This document shows positions 11,160-19,367 of a stretch of 64,000 bases of DNA, in pieces; the stretch's first letter is position 1; every line of letters starts with the position of its first letter. Where the stretch lies: positions 100,790-164,789 of the forward strand of contig JACFNR010000001.1 in assembly GCA_019454765.1 (NCBI GenBank). Reading direction: 5' to 3'. The DNA comes from Trueperaceae bacterium (GTDB lineage: Bacteria > Deinococcota > Deinococci > Deinococcales > Trueperaceae). The notes under the pieces are model-generated. The model was not told the origin of the DNA, did no database searches, and saw only the letters and a program-made list of their open reading frames with translations. Position numbers and translations under genes: made by a program.

Positions 11160-12149
11160 TCAGCCGCCGTCGACGAGCGGGAAGGAGACGCCGAACGCGT
11201 TGGCGCCACCCACGCCCCCCGGACCCCACTCGTGGGGCCCGCCCCACGCGGCGCCGCCCCACCGCTCGGCTATCGAACGGACCACGTAAAGCCCCAGCCC
11301 GGCCCCCTGCGAGGCGCCACGTCCCCTGCCGCGCGGGGTGAACAGCGCCGGCACCGCCACCGGGTCGAGCGGCGTCCCCGAACCTCTCACCTCGAGGCGA
11401 CCGGCGGGCTCCGGTCCGCTGGCGGCCGCGCCCGGCTCCCGCCAGGCGGCCACCTCGATCCGGCCGCCCCAGCTGCCGTGGATGACGGCGTTCTCGACGA
11501 GGTTCAGGACCACCTGGAGCAGCTTGTCCTCGTCCACCCAGGCCATGAGCTCGTCCACCTTGACCACCAACTCCGCCCCGGAGCGCTCCACCGGTTCGCG
11601 AAGGAGCGACAGGGCCCGGCGCACGACGTCCGCGACGGGGACGCGCCGCTCGCGCGGCGGACGCGACTCGACCGTGAGGTCGTCGAGCAGGCGCGACAGG
11701 CGTTCCGCCTCGGCCCGCGCCAGGCGGACGAAGTGCGCGTCGTCACCGGCGCCCGCCGTGGCGGCCTCGCGCGGCTCGAGCGCCTCGATCGCCCCCCGGA
11801 TGACGGTCACGGGCGTCCTCAGCTCGTGCGACAGCACCGCCAGGAGGTCGCGCGCCGCGGCGCGCTCCTCGCGAAGGGCGGTGATGTCCTCGAGGACCAG
11901 GCCGTCGCGCGTGACCGTGGCGCGGACCGTCCGAGAGCGGAGCGACAGCTCGCCCCCCTGGCCGCTGGCCCACATTGCCTCGAGCCGGTGATCGCGCAGG
12001 ACGGCTATGGCGACCGCGCCCCGCGCCCGCGCGCGGTCGACGTCGAGAAGGCGGGCCGCCGCCGCGTTGAGGTCGGCCACCCGGTCGCCCGCCAGCAGCA
12101 CCACCCCCTCGGCCAGCGCGTCCCACCACCCGCCGAGGTCGCCGCTCAC
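11160..12149 (-). CDS. Sensor histidine kinase, no TM segment (PAS-like + HisKA + HATPase)
   Basis: Has the H-box SHELRTPVTVI and an N/G-box region (NLVENAVIHG, GAGLGL). GTG 12149 lies 1 nt after the response-regulator stop. Confidence 0.85.
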   Translation of the reverse strand: MSGDLGGWWDALAEGVVLLAGDRVADLNAAAARLLDVDRARARGAVAIAVLRDHRLEAMWASGQGGELSLRSRTVRATVTRDGLVLEDITALREERAAARDLLAVLSHELRTPVTVIRGAIEALEPREAATAGAGDDAHFVRLARAEAERLSRLLDDLTVESRPPRERRVPVADVVRRALSLLREPVERSGAELVVKVDELMAWVDEDKLLQVVLNLVENAVIHGSWGGRIEVAAWREPGAAASGPEPAGRLEVRGSGTPLDPVAVPALFTPRGRGRGASQGAGLGLYVVRSIAERWGGAAWGGPHEWGPGGVGGANAFGVSFPLVDGG

Positions 12150-12150
12150 G

Positions 12151-12819
12151 TCACGGCCCCGTCAGGTCACCCGCGCGGTAGCCGCGGCCCCGGACGGTGA
12201 CGATCACGGTGTCGGCGAAGGCGGCACGGAGCTGCGCCACGTGCTGGTCGACGGTCCGTTCGGTGCCGACGAAGTCGGGTCCCCACACGCCGTCCAGCAG
12301 TTCGAGGCGCGAGTAGACCCTGCCCGGGTTGGCGGCCAGGAAGGCCAGCAGCTCGAACTCCCGTCGGGTCAGGTCCCGCGCCGCGCCGAACCACGACGCC
12401 GTCCCGGCGTCGAGATCGACGAGCAGCGGACCGAGCGCCACGCGCCGCGGCCCCTCGGTCCGGCGCAGCAGCGCCCGCACGCGGGCCACGAGTTCCGCGG
12501 ACGAGAACGGCTTGGTGAGGTAATCGTCGGCTCCCGACTCGAGACCCTCTACCCGCTCGCCCTCCCTGGCGCGCGCCGTCAACATGAGCACGGGCAACCG
12601 CGCCGCGCTCCCGGCCCGCAAACGGCGGAGCAGGCTCAGGCCGCTCTCGTCCGGCAGCATCCAATCGAGCACCATCAGGGAGGCGCGCGGCGCCGCCCGC
12701 CAGGCGGCCAGCGCGGTCGAGGCCTCCTCGACGGCGAACCCGGCTCTCACGAGGTGATGGCGCACCACGTCGCACACCGCGTCGTCGTCCTCCACCACCA
12801 GGATGGTGGGCCCGCTCAC
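12151..12819 (-). CDS. OmpR/PhoB-family response regulator
   Basis: Receiver motifs ILVVEDDD, VLDWMLPDESG and TKPF are followed by a winged-helix trans_reg_C domain (TVDQHVAQLR). Confidence 0.9.
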   Translation of the reverse strand: MSGPTILVVEDDDAVCDVVRHHLVRAGFAVEEASTALAAWRAAPRASLMVLDWMLPDESGLSLLRRLRAGSAARLPVLMLTARAREGERVEGLESGADDYLTKPFSSAELVARVRALLRRTEGPRRVALGPLLVDLDAGTASWFGAARDLTRREFELLAFLAANPGRVYSRLELLDGVWGPDFVGTERTVDQHVAQLRAAFADTVIVTVRGRGYRAGDLTGP

Positions 12820-12911
12820 CCGCGGTCCACCGGGCCCGCACCTGGACGCCGCAGTGGCCCCATGCCGTCATTGTAAGGTCCGGGCGCGCGCGGCGCGGCC
12901 GTGACCCCGCC

Positions 12912-13595
12912 ATGACGCTGGCGCGCTACGCTCTTGGCATCATGAGCGAGACGGCACCGGCCCCCTTGGAACTCGACCTGCAGGCGATCAGCGGCGACCT
13001 CGTCCGGATGCTGAGCCTGGTGCGCGAGAGCTGCGAGTGGGCGCGGCGCTCGCTCATCGACGCCGACCAAGCGGCGGCCGCCCACTGCTCCGAGCTCGAC
13101 GACGAGGTCGACGCGATCCAGGCGCGCCTCGAGGTTAGGATCCTGACGGTGATCGCGCGGCGCCAACCGGCGGCGCGCGACCTCAGGTTCCTCGGGGCGG
13201 CGCTGCAGGCGCTCGCCGACATCGAACGCGCCGGCGACTACGCCCAGCACGTGGCCGACGTGGGCAGGAGCCTGGCGCTCGAGCCGCCCCTCAAGAAGTA
13301 CCTCGACATGCAGCGCATCTTCGAGGTCCTGGCGACGATGATCGACGCCACGAGCAAGGCGTTCGCCGAGGCGGACGCGGTCGCGGCGCGGCGCGCGCAC
13401 GGCCTCGACGCCGAGATCGACGACCTCTACGATCAGATCCAGCGGGAGCTACTGACCTACATGCTCGCCGACCCGAAGAGCATCGGCCGGGCCACGCAGC
13501 TGCTGGCAGTGGCGCGCTACCTCGAGCGGCTGGGAGATCACCTCGAGAACGTCAACGAGCACATCATCTTCTGGCTCGAGGCCGTGCGGCTCTGA
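12912..13595 (+). CDS. phoU: Phosphate signalling complex protein PhoU
   Basis: Two PhoU repeats, each with an E/DxxxD motif (IERAGDYAQHVAD and LERLGDHLENVNE). ATG 12942 is an alternative start. Confidence 0.85.
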   Translation: MTLARYALGIMSETAPAPLELDLQAISGDLVRMLSLVRESCEWARRSLIDADQAAAAHCSELDDEVDAIQARLEVRILTVIARRQPAARDLRFLGAALQALADIERAGDYAQHVADVGRSLALEPPLKKYLDMQRIFEVLATMIDATSKAFAEADAVAARRAHGLDAEIDDLYDQIQRELLTYMLADPKSIGRATQLLAVARYLERLGDHLENVNEHIIFWLEAVRL

Positions 13596-13680
13596 AGGCG
13601 CAGGCGGCAGCCACCTGCCGTGGCGTAAGCAGGCCGCCGCCGCGGTTGTGACCCGCCGCGACGGTTAGTAGCATCTGGGG

Positions 13681-14598
13681 ATGAACGGAGGCCGCGATCC
13701 GCTAGGGCTCACGGCGCCACGCCGGGAGCGGGGCGACGAGCCCGCGGGCCTCGGCCCCGAGGCGCCGAGCCGCCGCAAGCTCAGGCGGCGGCTCCTCGGA
13801 CGCGGCTTCCTCGCCGCCCTGGTCCTACTGCTCCTCCTCAACGTCGCCACCGCGGTCAGGGAACGCGGCCTCGCCCCGGTAGCCGCCCTCGGTGGCGGCC
13901 TCGCCGGCGGGATCGAGCGACTGCTCGAGGCCGCGCCGGGGGCGGGGCAGGTCAGGGTCTGGCGCGCCGGGCCGGCGCGGTGGCTTGCCAACCGCATCCT
14001 CGGCCCCGTTCGCGTCGGCCTGCAGGTGGGGCACCTGGACGCGGCGCTCCAGCCCGACGAGCTCGCCGCGCTCCGTTACAGCACGGGCGCGCACCACGCG
14101 GGCCTCGACGAGGTGACCGTCAACGCCGCCGTGGTCGAGGCGTTGGCGACCAGGCTGCGAGCGCGGGGCGCGGTCGTCGACGTGTTCGGCGCCACCGTGC
14201 CGGCCGGCTACCGGGCGGACCTGGTGTTAGCGGTGCACGCCGACTCGAACGTCGACCCGACTCGAAGCGGCTACAAGAGCGCCCACTTCTGGCCGGCCAG
14301 GAACCCGCGCGAACCGCTCCTGAAGCTCGCCGTCGACCGCGCAGTGTTCGGGTCGACCGCCCTGGCCGACGACGACGCCAACGTCTCCGCCAACATGTTC
14401 GAGTACTACGCCTTCAACCACGCTCGCTTCGAGCACGCCGTGGCGCGGCGGACGCCCGCCCTACTCGTCGAGCTCGGCTACCTCTCGAACCCGCGCGACA
14501 GGGGCGCCCTGCTCCGCCCGGACGGACTCGCGGCGGCGCTCGAGGCGGGCCTCGTCGCCTACCTCCGGGTCACCGGCCGGGTGCCCGACGCCTGGTGA
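13681..14598 (+). CDS. N-acetylmuramoyl-L-alanine amidase (Amidase_3), membrane-anchored
   Basis: Has an N-terminal TM segment (FLAALVLLLLL), plus LVLAVHADS and LVELGYLSNPRD, typical of Amidase_3 zinc amidases. Confidence 0.75.
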   Translation: MNGGRDPLGLTAPRRERGDEPAGLGPEAPSRRKLRRRLLGRGFLAALVLLLLLNVATAVRERGLAPVAALGGGLAGGIERLLEAAPGAGQVRVWRAGPARWLANRILGPVRVGLQVGHLDAALQPDELAALRYSTGAHHAGLDEVTVNAAVVEALATRLRARGAVVDVFGATVPAGYRADLVLAVHADSNVDPTRSGYKSAHFWPARNPREPLLKLAVDRAVFGSTALADDDANVSANMFEYYAFNHARFEHAVARRTPALLVELGYLSNPRDRGALLRPDGLAAALEAGLVAYLRVTGRVPDAW

Positions 14599-14621
14599 CC
14601 CGTGGTAACCTGCCGCCGACG

Positions 14622-15041
14622 ATGCACCGCCGTTCGCACCTCGCGCCGCGCCGCGCCGCGCCCCTCCTCGCCGTCCTGGTCGGCGCAGCGTTCCTGGCGA
14701 GCTGCAGACCGCCCGAGGGCAAGGCGACGCGGGCGGCCGACGCTCCGGTCGTGGTGGTCCGGCTGGACGGCCCCGCCCGCGTGGGGGTCGTGCCGCTGGT
14801 CGTCGAGGTGACGGCCGCCGGCGCGCCCGTGACGGGCGCGGTCGTGAAGGTGACGGGCGACATGACGCACGCAGGCATGCAGCCGGTCACGGCCGCGGCC
14901 GTCGAGACCGGCGATGGCGGTTACCGCGCCGCCGGGTTCGCCTTCACGATGGCCGGTGATTGGGTCGTGACGGCCGACGTCACGACGCCGGCCGGTACCC
15001 GCGTCAGCGGCGAGCTCCTCACGACCGTCGCGCCCAAGTGA
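14622..15041 (+). CDS. YtkA/FixH-like lipoprotein (Ig-like, Met/His motif)
   Basis: Has the lipobox FLASC and the motif VKVTGDMTHAGMQP. The layout resembles YtkA/FixH domains. It is the tail of track ORF 13980..15041. Confidence 0.6.
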   Translation: MHRRSHLAPRRAAPLLAVLVGAAFLASCRPPEGKATRAADAPVVVVRLDGPARVGVVPLVVEVTAAGAPVTGAVVKVTGDMTHAGMQPVTAAAVETGDGGYRAAGFAFTMAGDWVVTADVTTPAGTRVSGELLTTVAPK

Positions 15042-16588
15042 CCGTCCCGCGCGCCACCGGCGCGGTCGAACTGCCGCGCGCCACCGGACCGTTCGTGGAT
15101 CAGCCCGCCGGCTTCGACCTGTTCCGCCTCCCCGGACTCAGGCGGCTGGCGCGCTTCAAGTACGGCCGCCTCGTGCTGCAGCTGCCGCTCCTGGCCCTCG
15201 TCCTCATGGTGGTGGTCGACGGGCTCACGGGGAGGCAGCTCGCCCCGCGCAACGTGGCCACCACCGTCACCTGGCTCCACTACCGCGGCCTCGTGGTCCT
15301 GGCCCTCGCGCTCTTCGGCAACGCGTTCTGCGCGGCGTGCCCCCTCATGCTCACGCGCGGCGCGGCGCGGCGCCTCAAGCGCCTGCTTCCCGCCACGTTC
15401 ACCTTCCCGCGCCGGCTCCGCAACAAGTGGTTGGTCCTCGCCATCACCGCCGCCTACTTCATCACCTACGAGGTGTTCGACCTCTGGGCCAGCCCCTGGC
15501 TGACGGCCTGGTTGGTCATCGGCTACTTCGGCGCCGCTCTGGTCGTCGACACCCTGTTCCCGGCCGGCACGTTCTGCCGGTACGTGTGCCCGCTCGGCAA
15601 CTTCAACTTCGCGCTCTCCACCGTCTCGCCTAGCCAGGTCGTGGCGGTCGACCCGGACGTGTGCCGCGCCTGCGTCCACAAGCCGTGCCTCCACGGCCGC
15701 GAGACCTACGCCGAGACGCCTGCGCGCGCCCCCACGCGCGCCGCCTTCATCCCGCTCGCGGAGATCACCAACCCCAACGGCACCGGTTACTTCCCCGGCT
15801 GCGAGAGCGACCTGTTCGTCCCGACGATCACGAGCAACATGGACTGCACCTACTGCTTCAACTGCGTGCGCGCCTGCCCGTACGACAACGTCGCCCTCAG
15901 CGTGCGGACGCCGGGGCGCGAGCTGAGCCGGGCCCCTTGGGCCAGGCGCTTCGGCCTGCCGGCGCTCGCGCTAGGTGTGCTGCTCACCTTCTGGGGCGTC
16001 GTGAACGCGCTCGCCATGATCACGCCCTTCTACGCGTTCGGCGCTCGCCTGGCCGCCTTCCTCGGCACGCGCGACGAGGCGGTGCTGCTGGCCGTCGTCT
16101 ACCTGCTCGTCACGGCGCTCGGCGTCCTACTGACGGTGGGCGCCGCCATGTTGGCGGACAGGCTCGGTGGCAGGCGCACGGGCCCGGTCGCGGCCTCCAC
16201 GCGCTGGGGGTACGTCACGGTGGCGCTCGGCTTCGGCTTCTGGGGCGCTCACTACCTGTTCCACTTCCTGACGGGGGCTCTCAGCATCGTGCCCGTCTTC
16301 CAGCACTTCTTCGAGTATCGCGGCCTGCTCGTCGACCCCAACTGGCGCCTGGCGCAGATGGTGCCCTCGCGGTGGCTCTTCCCCATCCAGGCGCTCGTCG
16401 CGGCCGTCTACACCGCCATAGCGCTGGCGACCGCCGTGCGCATCGCCCGCCGCGACTTCGCGGGCCGCGCCTGGGTGTTGGCGATGTGGCCGATGCTCCT
16501 CTACGTGCTCGCGTTCACGGCCTCGCAGCTCGTGATCCTGGCTCAACCCATGGAGATGCGCGGGACCATCCTGGGGCCGCTGCCGTGA
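15038..16588 (+). CDS. FixG/NapH/NosR-type membrane polyferredoxin (4Fe-4S) with extra C-terminal TM module
   Basis: GTG 15038 overlaps the upstream stop (GTGA). It has two membrane CxxCP motifs (FCAACPLM, FCRYVCPLG), ferredoxin motifs CRACVHKPC and CTYCFNCVRACP, and then about 5 more TM helices. Confidence 0.72.
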   Translation: MTVPRATGAVELPRATGPFVDQPAGFDLFRLPGLRRLARFKYGRLVLQLPLLALVLMVVVDGLTGRQLAPRNVATTVTWLHYRGLVVLALALFGNAFCAACPLMLTRGAARRLKRLLPATFTFPRRLRNKWLVLAITAAYFITYEVFDLWASPWLTAWLVIGYFGAALVVDTLFPAGTFCRYVCPLGNFNFALSTVSPSQVVAVDPDVCRACVHKPCLHGRETYAETPARAPTRAAFIPLAEITNPNGTGYFPGCESDLFVPTITSNMDCTYCFNCVRACPYDNVALSVRTPGRELSRAPWARRFGLPALALGVLLTFWGVVNALAMITPFYAFGARLAAFLGTRDEAVLLAVVYLLVTALGVLLTVGAAMLADRLGGRRTGPVAASTRWGYVTVALGFGFWGAHYLFHFLTGALSIVPVFQHFFEYRGLLVDPNWRLAQMVPSRWLFPIQALVAAVYTAIALATAVRIARRDFAGRAWVLAMWPMLLYVLAFTASQLVILAQPMEMRGTILGPLP

Positions 16589-17517
16589 GGCGCGGCCGCC
16601 GCGTGCTCGGCGCCGCGCTCTTGGCCGCGCTGGCGCTGTGGGCCGCCGTCGCTGCGGGCGCCGGCCGGCAGGGCCGTGCGGACGCCGACCCGGAACGGCC
16701 GAGCGCCGCGCACTCCGCGCCGCCGCCCGCCCCTGCCGCCGGGGCCGAGACGTCGCAGTCCGTCGGGGCGCCCGCGACGGCACCCCTGCCGGCTGCGGAC
16801 GCCGCGGCAGAGTCGGCGACCCCCGCGGCTGCGCGGGGCGGGGACGACGCCCGAGGCGACGCGCCGTCCCTGCCCACCTGCGAGATCGCCGACCTGCCGA
16901 CGCGCGCCACCGAACCGGACGGCTTCGCCCACGCCGTCCTCGACACCGCATACGCCCTCCCCGCCGATTACGTCCCCGCCGACCTGGTGGAGTTGCACGC
17001 CGCTCTCGGCGACGTGTCGCGCTACGCCGCGGCCGAGGGACAGCGGCTGAGGCGCGCGGCGGCCGCCGACCTGCACGCCCTGTTCGTGGCGGCCGAGGCC
17101 GCCGGCGTCCGCCTCGAGGTGGCGTCCGCCTACCGGTCGTACGAGTACCAACGCCGCACGTTCGACCGCTGGGTCGAAGAGGACGGCTACGAGCACGCCG
17201 TCCGCACGAGCGCCCGCGCCGGGCATTCGGAGCACCAGCTCGGCACCGTCGTCGACCTCAAGAGCCGCGGCGGCCCGGCGGCATGGGACCTGGACGACTG
17301 GGCCGCGACGCCCGAGGGGGCCTGGCTGGCCGAGAACGCCTGGCGTTTCGGGTTCGTCATGAGTTACCCGCGCGGCAAGGAGGCGGTTACGTGTTACCTC
17401 TACGAGCCGTGGCACTACCGCTACCTCGGTCGCGAGCTGGCGGCGCGCGTCCGGGCGTCCGGGCTCGCCCCGCGCGAGTACCTGTGGGCCCTCGCGGGCG
17501 GTGCGCATGACGAGTGA
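16585..17517 (+). CDS. D-alanyl-D-alanine carboxypeptidase, VanY/peptidase M15B family, secreted
   Basis: GTG 16585 overlaps the upstream stop. It has a signal/TM segment, an Ala/Pro-rich linker, and the zinc motifs HSEHQLGTVVD and EPWHYRY. Confidence 0.8.
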   Translation: MRRGRRVLGAALLAALALWAAVAAGAGRQGRADADPERPSAAHSAPPPAPAAGAETSQSVGAPATAPLPAADAAAESATPAAARGGDDARGDAPSLPTCEIADLPTRATEPDGFAHAVLDTAYALPADYVPADLVELHAALGDVSRYAAAEGQRLRRAAAADLHALFVAAEAAGVRLEVASAYRSYEYQRRTFDRWVEEDGYEHAVRTSARAGHSEHQLGTVVDLKSRGGPAAWDLDDWAATPEGAWLAENAWRFGFVMSYPRGKEAVTCYLYEPWHYRYLGRELAARVRASGLAPREYLWALAGGAHDE

Positions 17518-18253
17518 CCTTGCCCCGTCGCGCGGCGCGCCGAGCGACGCGACGCCCACGACCTGCGGCCGGGCGTGGCGGCTGCTCCCCCTCGTCGCCT
17601 GCCTCGCGCTCGCGCCCCTCCCCGCGACCGCACTCGCGCACGCGACCCTCGTCATCGGCACCCTCGAGGTGTCGCCCGACCCGCCCGTGCCGGGCGCCGC
17701 CCTCGCCGTCACGGTGCGGCTCGAGGACACGCTACTCACCCCCGTCGAGAAGGCGTTCGTGCGCGTGGAGCTGCGCGCCGGCGACACCGACGGGCCCGCG
17801 GCCCCGGAGAGCGCCGTGGGAAGCCAGGCCGGCGACTTCCTGGCGGTGCCCCCGGCGGCCGCCTCCGAGCGTTTCACGGAGACGGGGGTGAAGGGCACCT
17901 ACACGGGCAGCCTGACGGCACCGGAGGCCGGCAGCTACACGCTGAGCGTGCGGGACACGACGTTCCTGAACGAGGAGGCCATCGCCAACGTGACGCTCAC
18001 CGTGGGCGGGGCCGCCAACGGCGCCGTCGCGTTCGTGCTGCCGCCCACGCCCACTCAACCCAAGTCGCTGTCGACGTGGCTCCTCTGGCTCATCGGGGTC
18101 CCGCTGCTGGCGGGGCTCGTGACGACGGTGCTGGTGTTGCGGCGTCCGGCCCGGTCGGCCGAAGCCGATGAGGGTGGTGCGAGCGGCGTGGGTGGCGAGG
18201 GCGGCGCGGGGCCGGGCGCCGGGACCGACGGTCCCGAGCGGGGCGCGCCTTGA
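17501..18253 (+). CDS. Hypothetical secreted Ig-like protein with C-terminal TM anchor; predicted mature N-terminus is His
   Basis: The signal peptide ends ATALA|HATLV. The beta-rich ectodomain resembles the YtkA/CopC/YcnI layout only loosely. It has a C-terminal TM segment (WLLWLIGVPLLAGLVTTVLVL) and an acidic/Gly tail. The start overlaps the VanY gene by 11-17 nt. Confidence 0.55.
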   Translation: MRMTSDLAPSRGAPSDATPTTCGRAWRLLPLVACLALAPLPATALAHATLVIGTLEVSPDPPVPGAALAVTVRLEDTLLTPVEKAFVRVELRAGDTDGPAAPESAVGSQAGDFLAVPPAAASERFTETGVKGTYTGSLTAPEAGSYTLSVRDTTFLNEEAIANVTLTVGGAANGAVAFVLPPTPTQPKSLSTWLLWLIGVPLLAGLVTTVLVLRRPARSAEADEGGASGVGGEGGAGPGAGTDGPERGAP

Positions 18254-18978
18254 CGCCGCTCGAGCAGACCTGGGGCACTCTCTTCAACGTGGCGACCGTC
18301 CTAGTCGGGTCGGCGGTCGGCCTGGCGCTGCGCGGGAAGCTGCCGCCCCGCGTGACGGAGGCCGTCATGCAGGGCATCGGCCTCGTCACCCTCTACATCG
18401 GCATCGCGAACGCCTTCGACCTCGGGCGGGTCGGCGACCCGCCGGGCGTGATAGTGGGGTTGATGGCGCTGGCGGTCGGCGCCGCGCTGGGGGAGTGGTG
18501 GCGGATCGAGACGGGGCTCGAGCGCCTGGGCGACCTCCTGAAGAAGCGCCTGCGCGGGCGCGGCCGCTTCACGGAAGGGTTCGTGGCCGCCTCGCTCCTG
18601 TTCTGCGTGGGGCCGCTCGCACTGCTCGGCAGCATCCAGAACGGCCTCAGCGGCGACGCGGGTTTCCTCCTGCTGAAGTCGGCGCTCGACGGCTTCTCGG
18701 CCCTCGCGCTCGCGGCCAGCCTCGGGTTCGGCGTCGCCGCCTCGGCCGCGGTCGTGCTCGTCTACCAGGGGGGGCTGTCGCTCGCCGCCGGGGTCTTCGC
18801 GAACCTCGTCCCCGACCCCGCCGGCGACCCCCGCGTCCTGCTGGTGAACGGCGTGGGTGGGCTGATCATCATCGCGCTCGGGCTCGGGCTCCTGGAGGTG
18901 AAGCGCCTCAAGGTCGCCGCCATGCTGCCCGCCCTGCCGCTGGCGGTGCTGTTCTACTGGCTGGCCCGGCTCTTCTAG
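18250..18978 (+). CDS. DUF554-family membrane protein
   Basis: The N-terminus TWGTLFNVATVLVGSAVGLALRGKLP is typical of DUF554 (YdfK/YqgA-like). TTG 18250 overlaps the upstream stop (TTGA). Confidence 0.72.
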   Translation: MTPLEQTWGTLFNVATVLVGSAVGLALRGKLPPRVTEAVMQGIGLVTLYIGIANAFDLGRVGDPPGVIVGLMALAVGAALGEWWRIETGLERLGDLLKKRLRGRGRFTEGFVAASLLFCVGPLALLGSIQNGLSGDAGFLLLKSALDGFSALALAASLGFGVAASAAVVLVYQGGLSLAAGVFANLVPDPAGDPRVLLVNGVGGLIIIALGLGLLEVKRLKVAAMLPALPLAVLFYWLARLF

Positions 18979-19067
18979 GCCCACCGCGACAGGCCGGCGG
19001 CGGCCGGCCGGCCGGCCAGCAGCGGCGGCGCCGAGCCGGCCGGCCGCGGTCGTGCTACCATCCCGGC

Positions 19068-19361
19068 GTGACGCCACCCGACGCGCGCCTGGAACACCTG
19101 CAACGCCTCGCTCGGCTGCAGCTCGACGAGGCCGAGGCCGAGGCGGTCGCGGCCGACGTCGAGCTCCTGCTCGGTTACCTGACGCGCCTGCAGCAAGTGG
19201 ACGTGACGGGCGAGCCTGAATGGACGCCGCCGGTGGCCCCGAAGGCCTTCGCGCGCCCCGACGCGGTCGAACCGTCCATGGCGCGAGCCGAGGCGCTGGC
19301 GTTGGCGCCGGCCCGGCAGGACGGCTACTTCAGGGTCCCGCGGGTCCTCGACGACGCCTGA
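19068..19361 (+). CDS. gatC: Asp-tRNA(Asn)/Glu-tRNA(Gln) amidotransferase subunit C
   Basis: 97 aa starting at GTG 19068. LEHLQRLARLQLDEAEAE and RVPRVLD are typical of GatC. Confidence 0.8.
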   Translation: MTPPDARLEHLQRLARLQLDEAEAEAVAADVELLLGYLTRLQQVDVTGEPEWTPPVAPKAFARPDAVEPSMARAEALALAPARQDGYFRVPRVLDDA

Positions 19362-19367
19362 ACCCCA

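Noticed and set aside
16543-17898. 451-aa minus-strand ORF over the VanY-like gene
   Set aside because: It is a shadow ORF. The plus strand carries the clear M15B zinc motifs.
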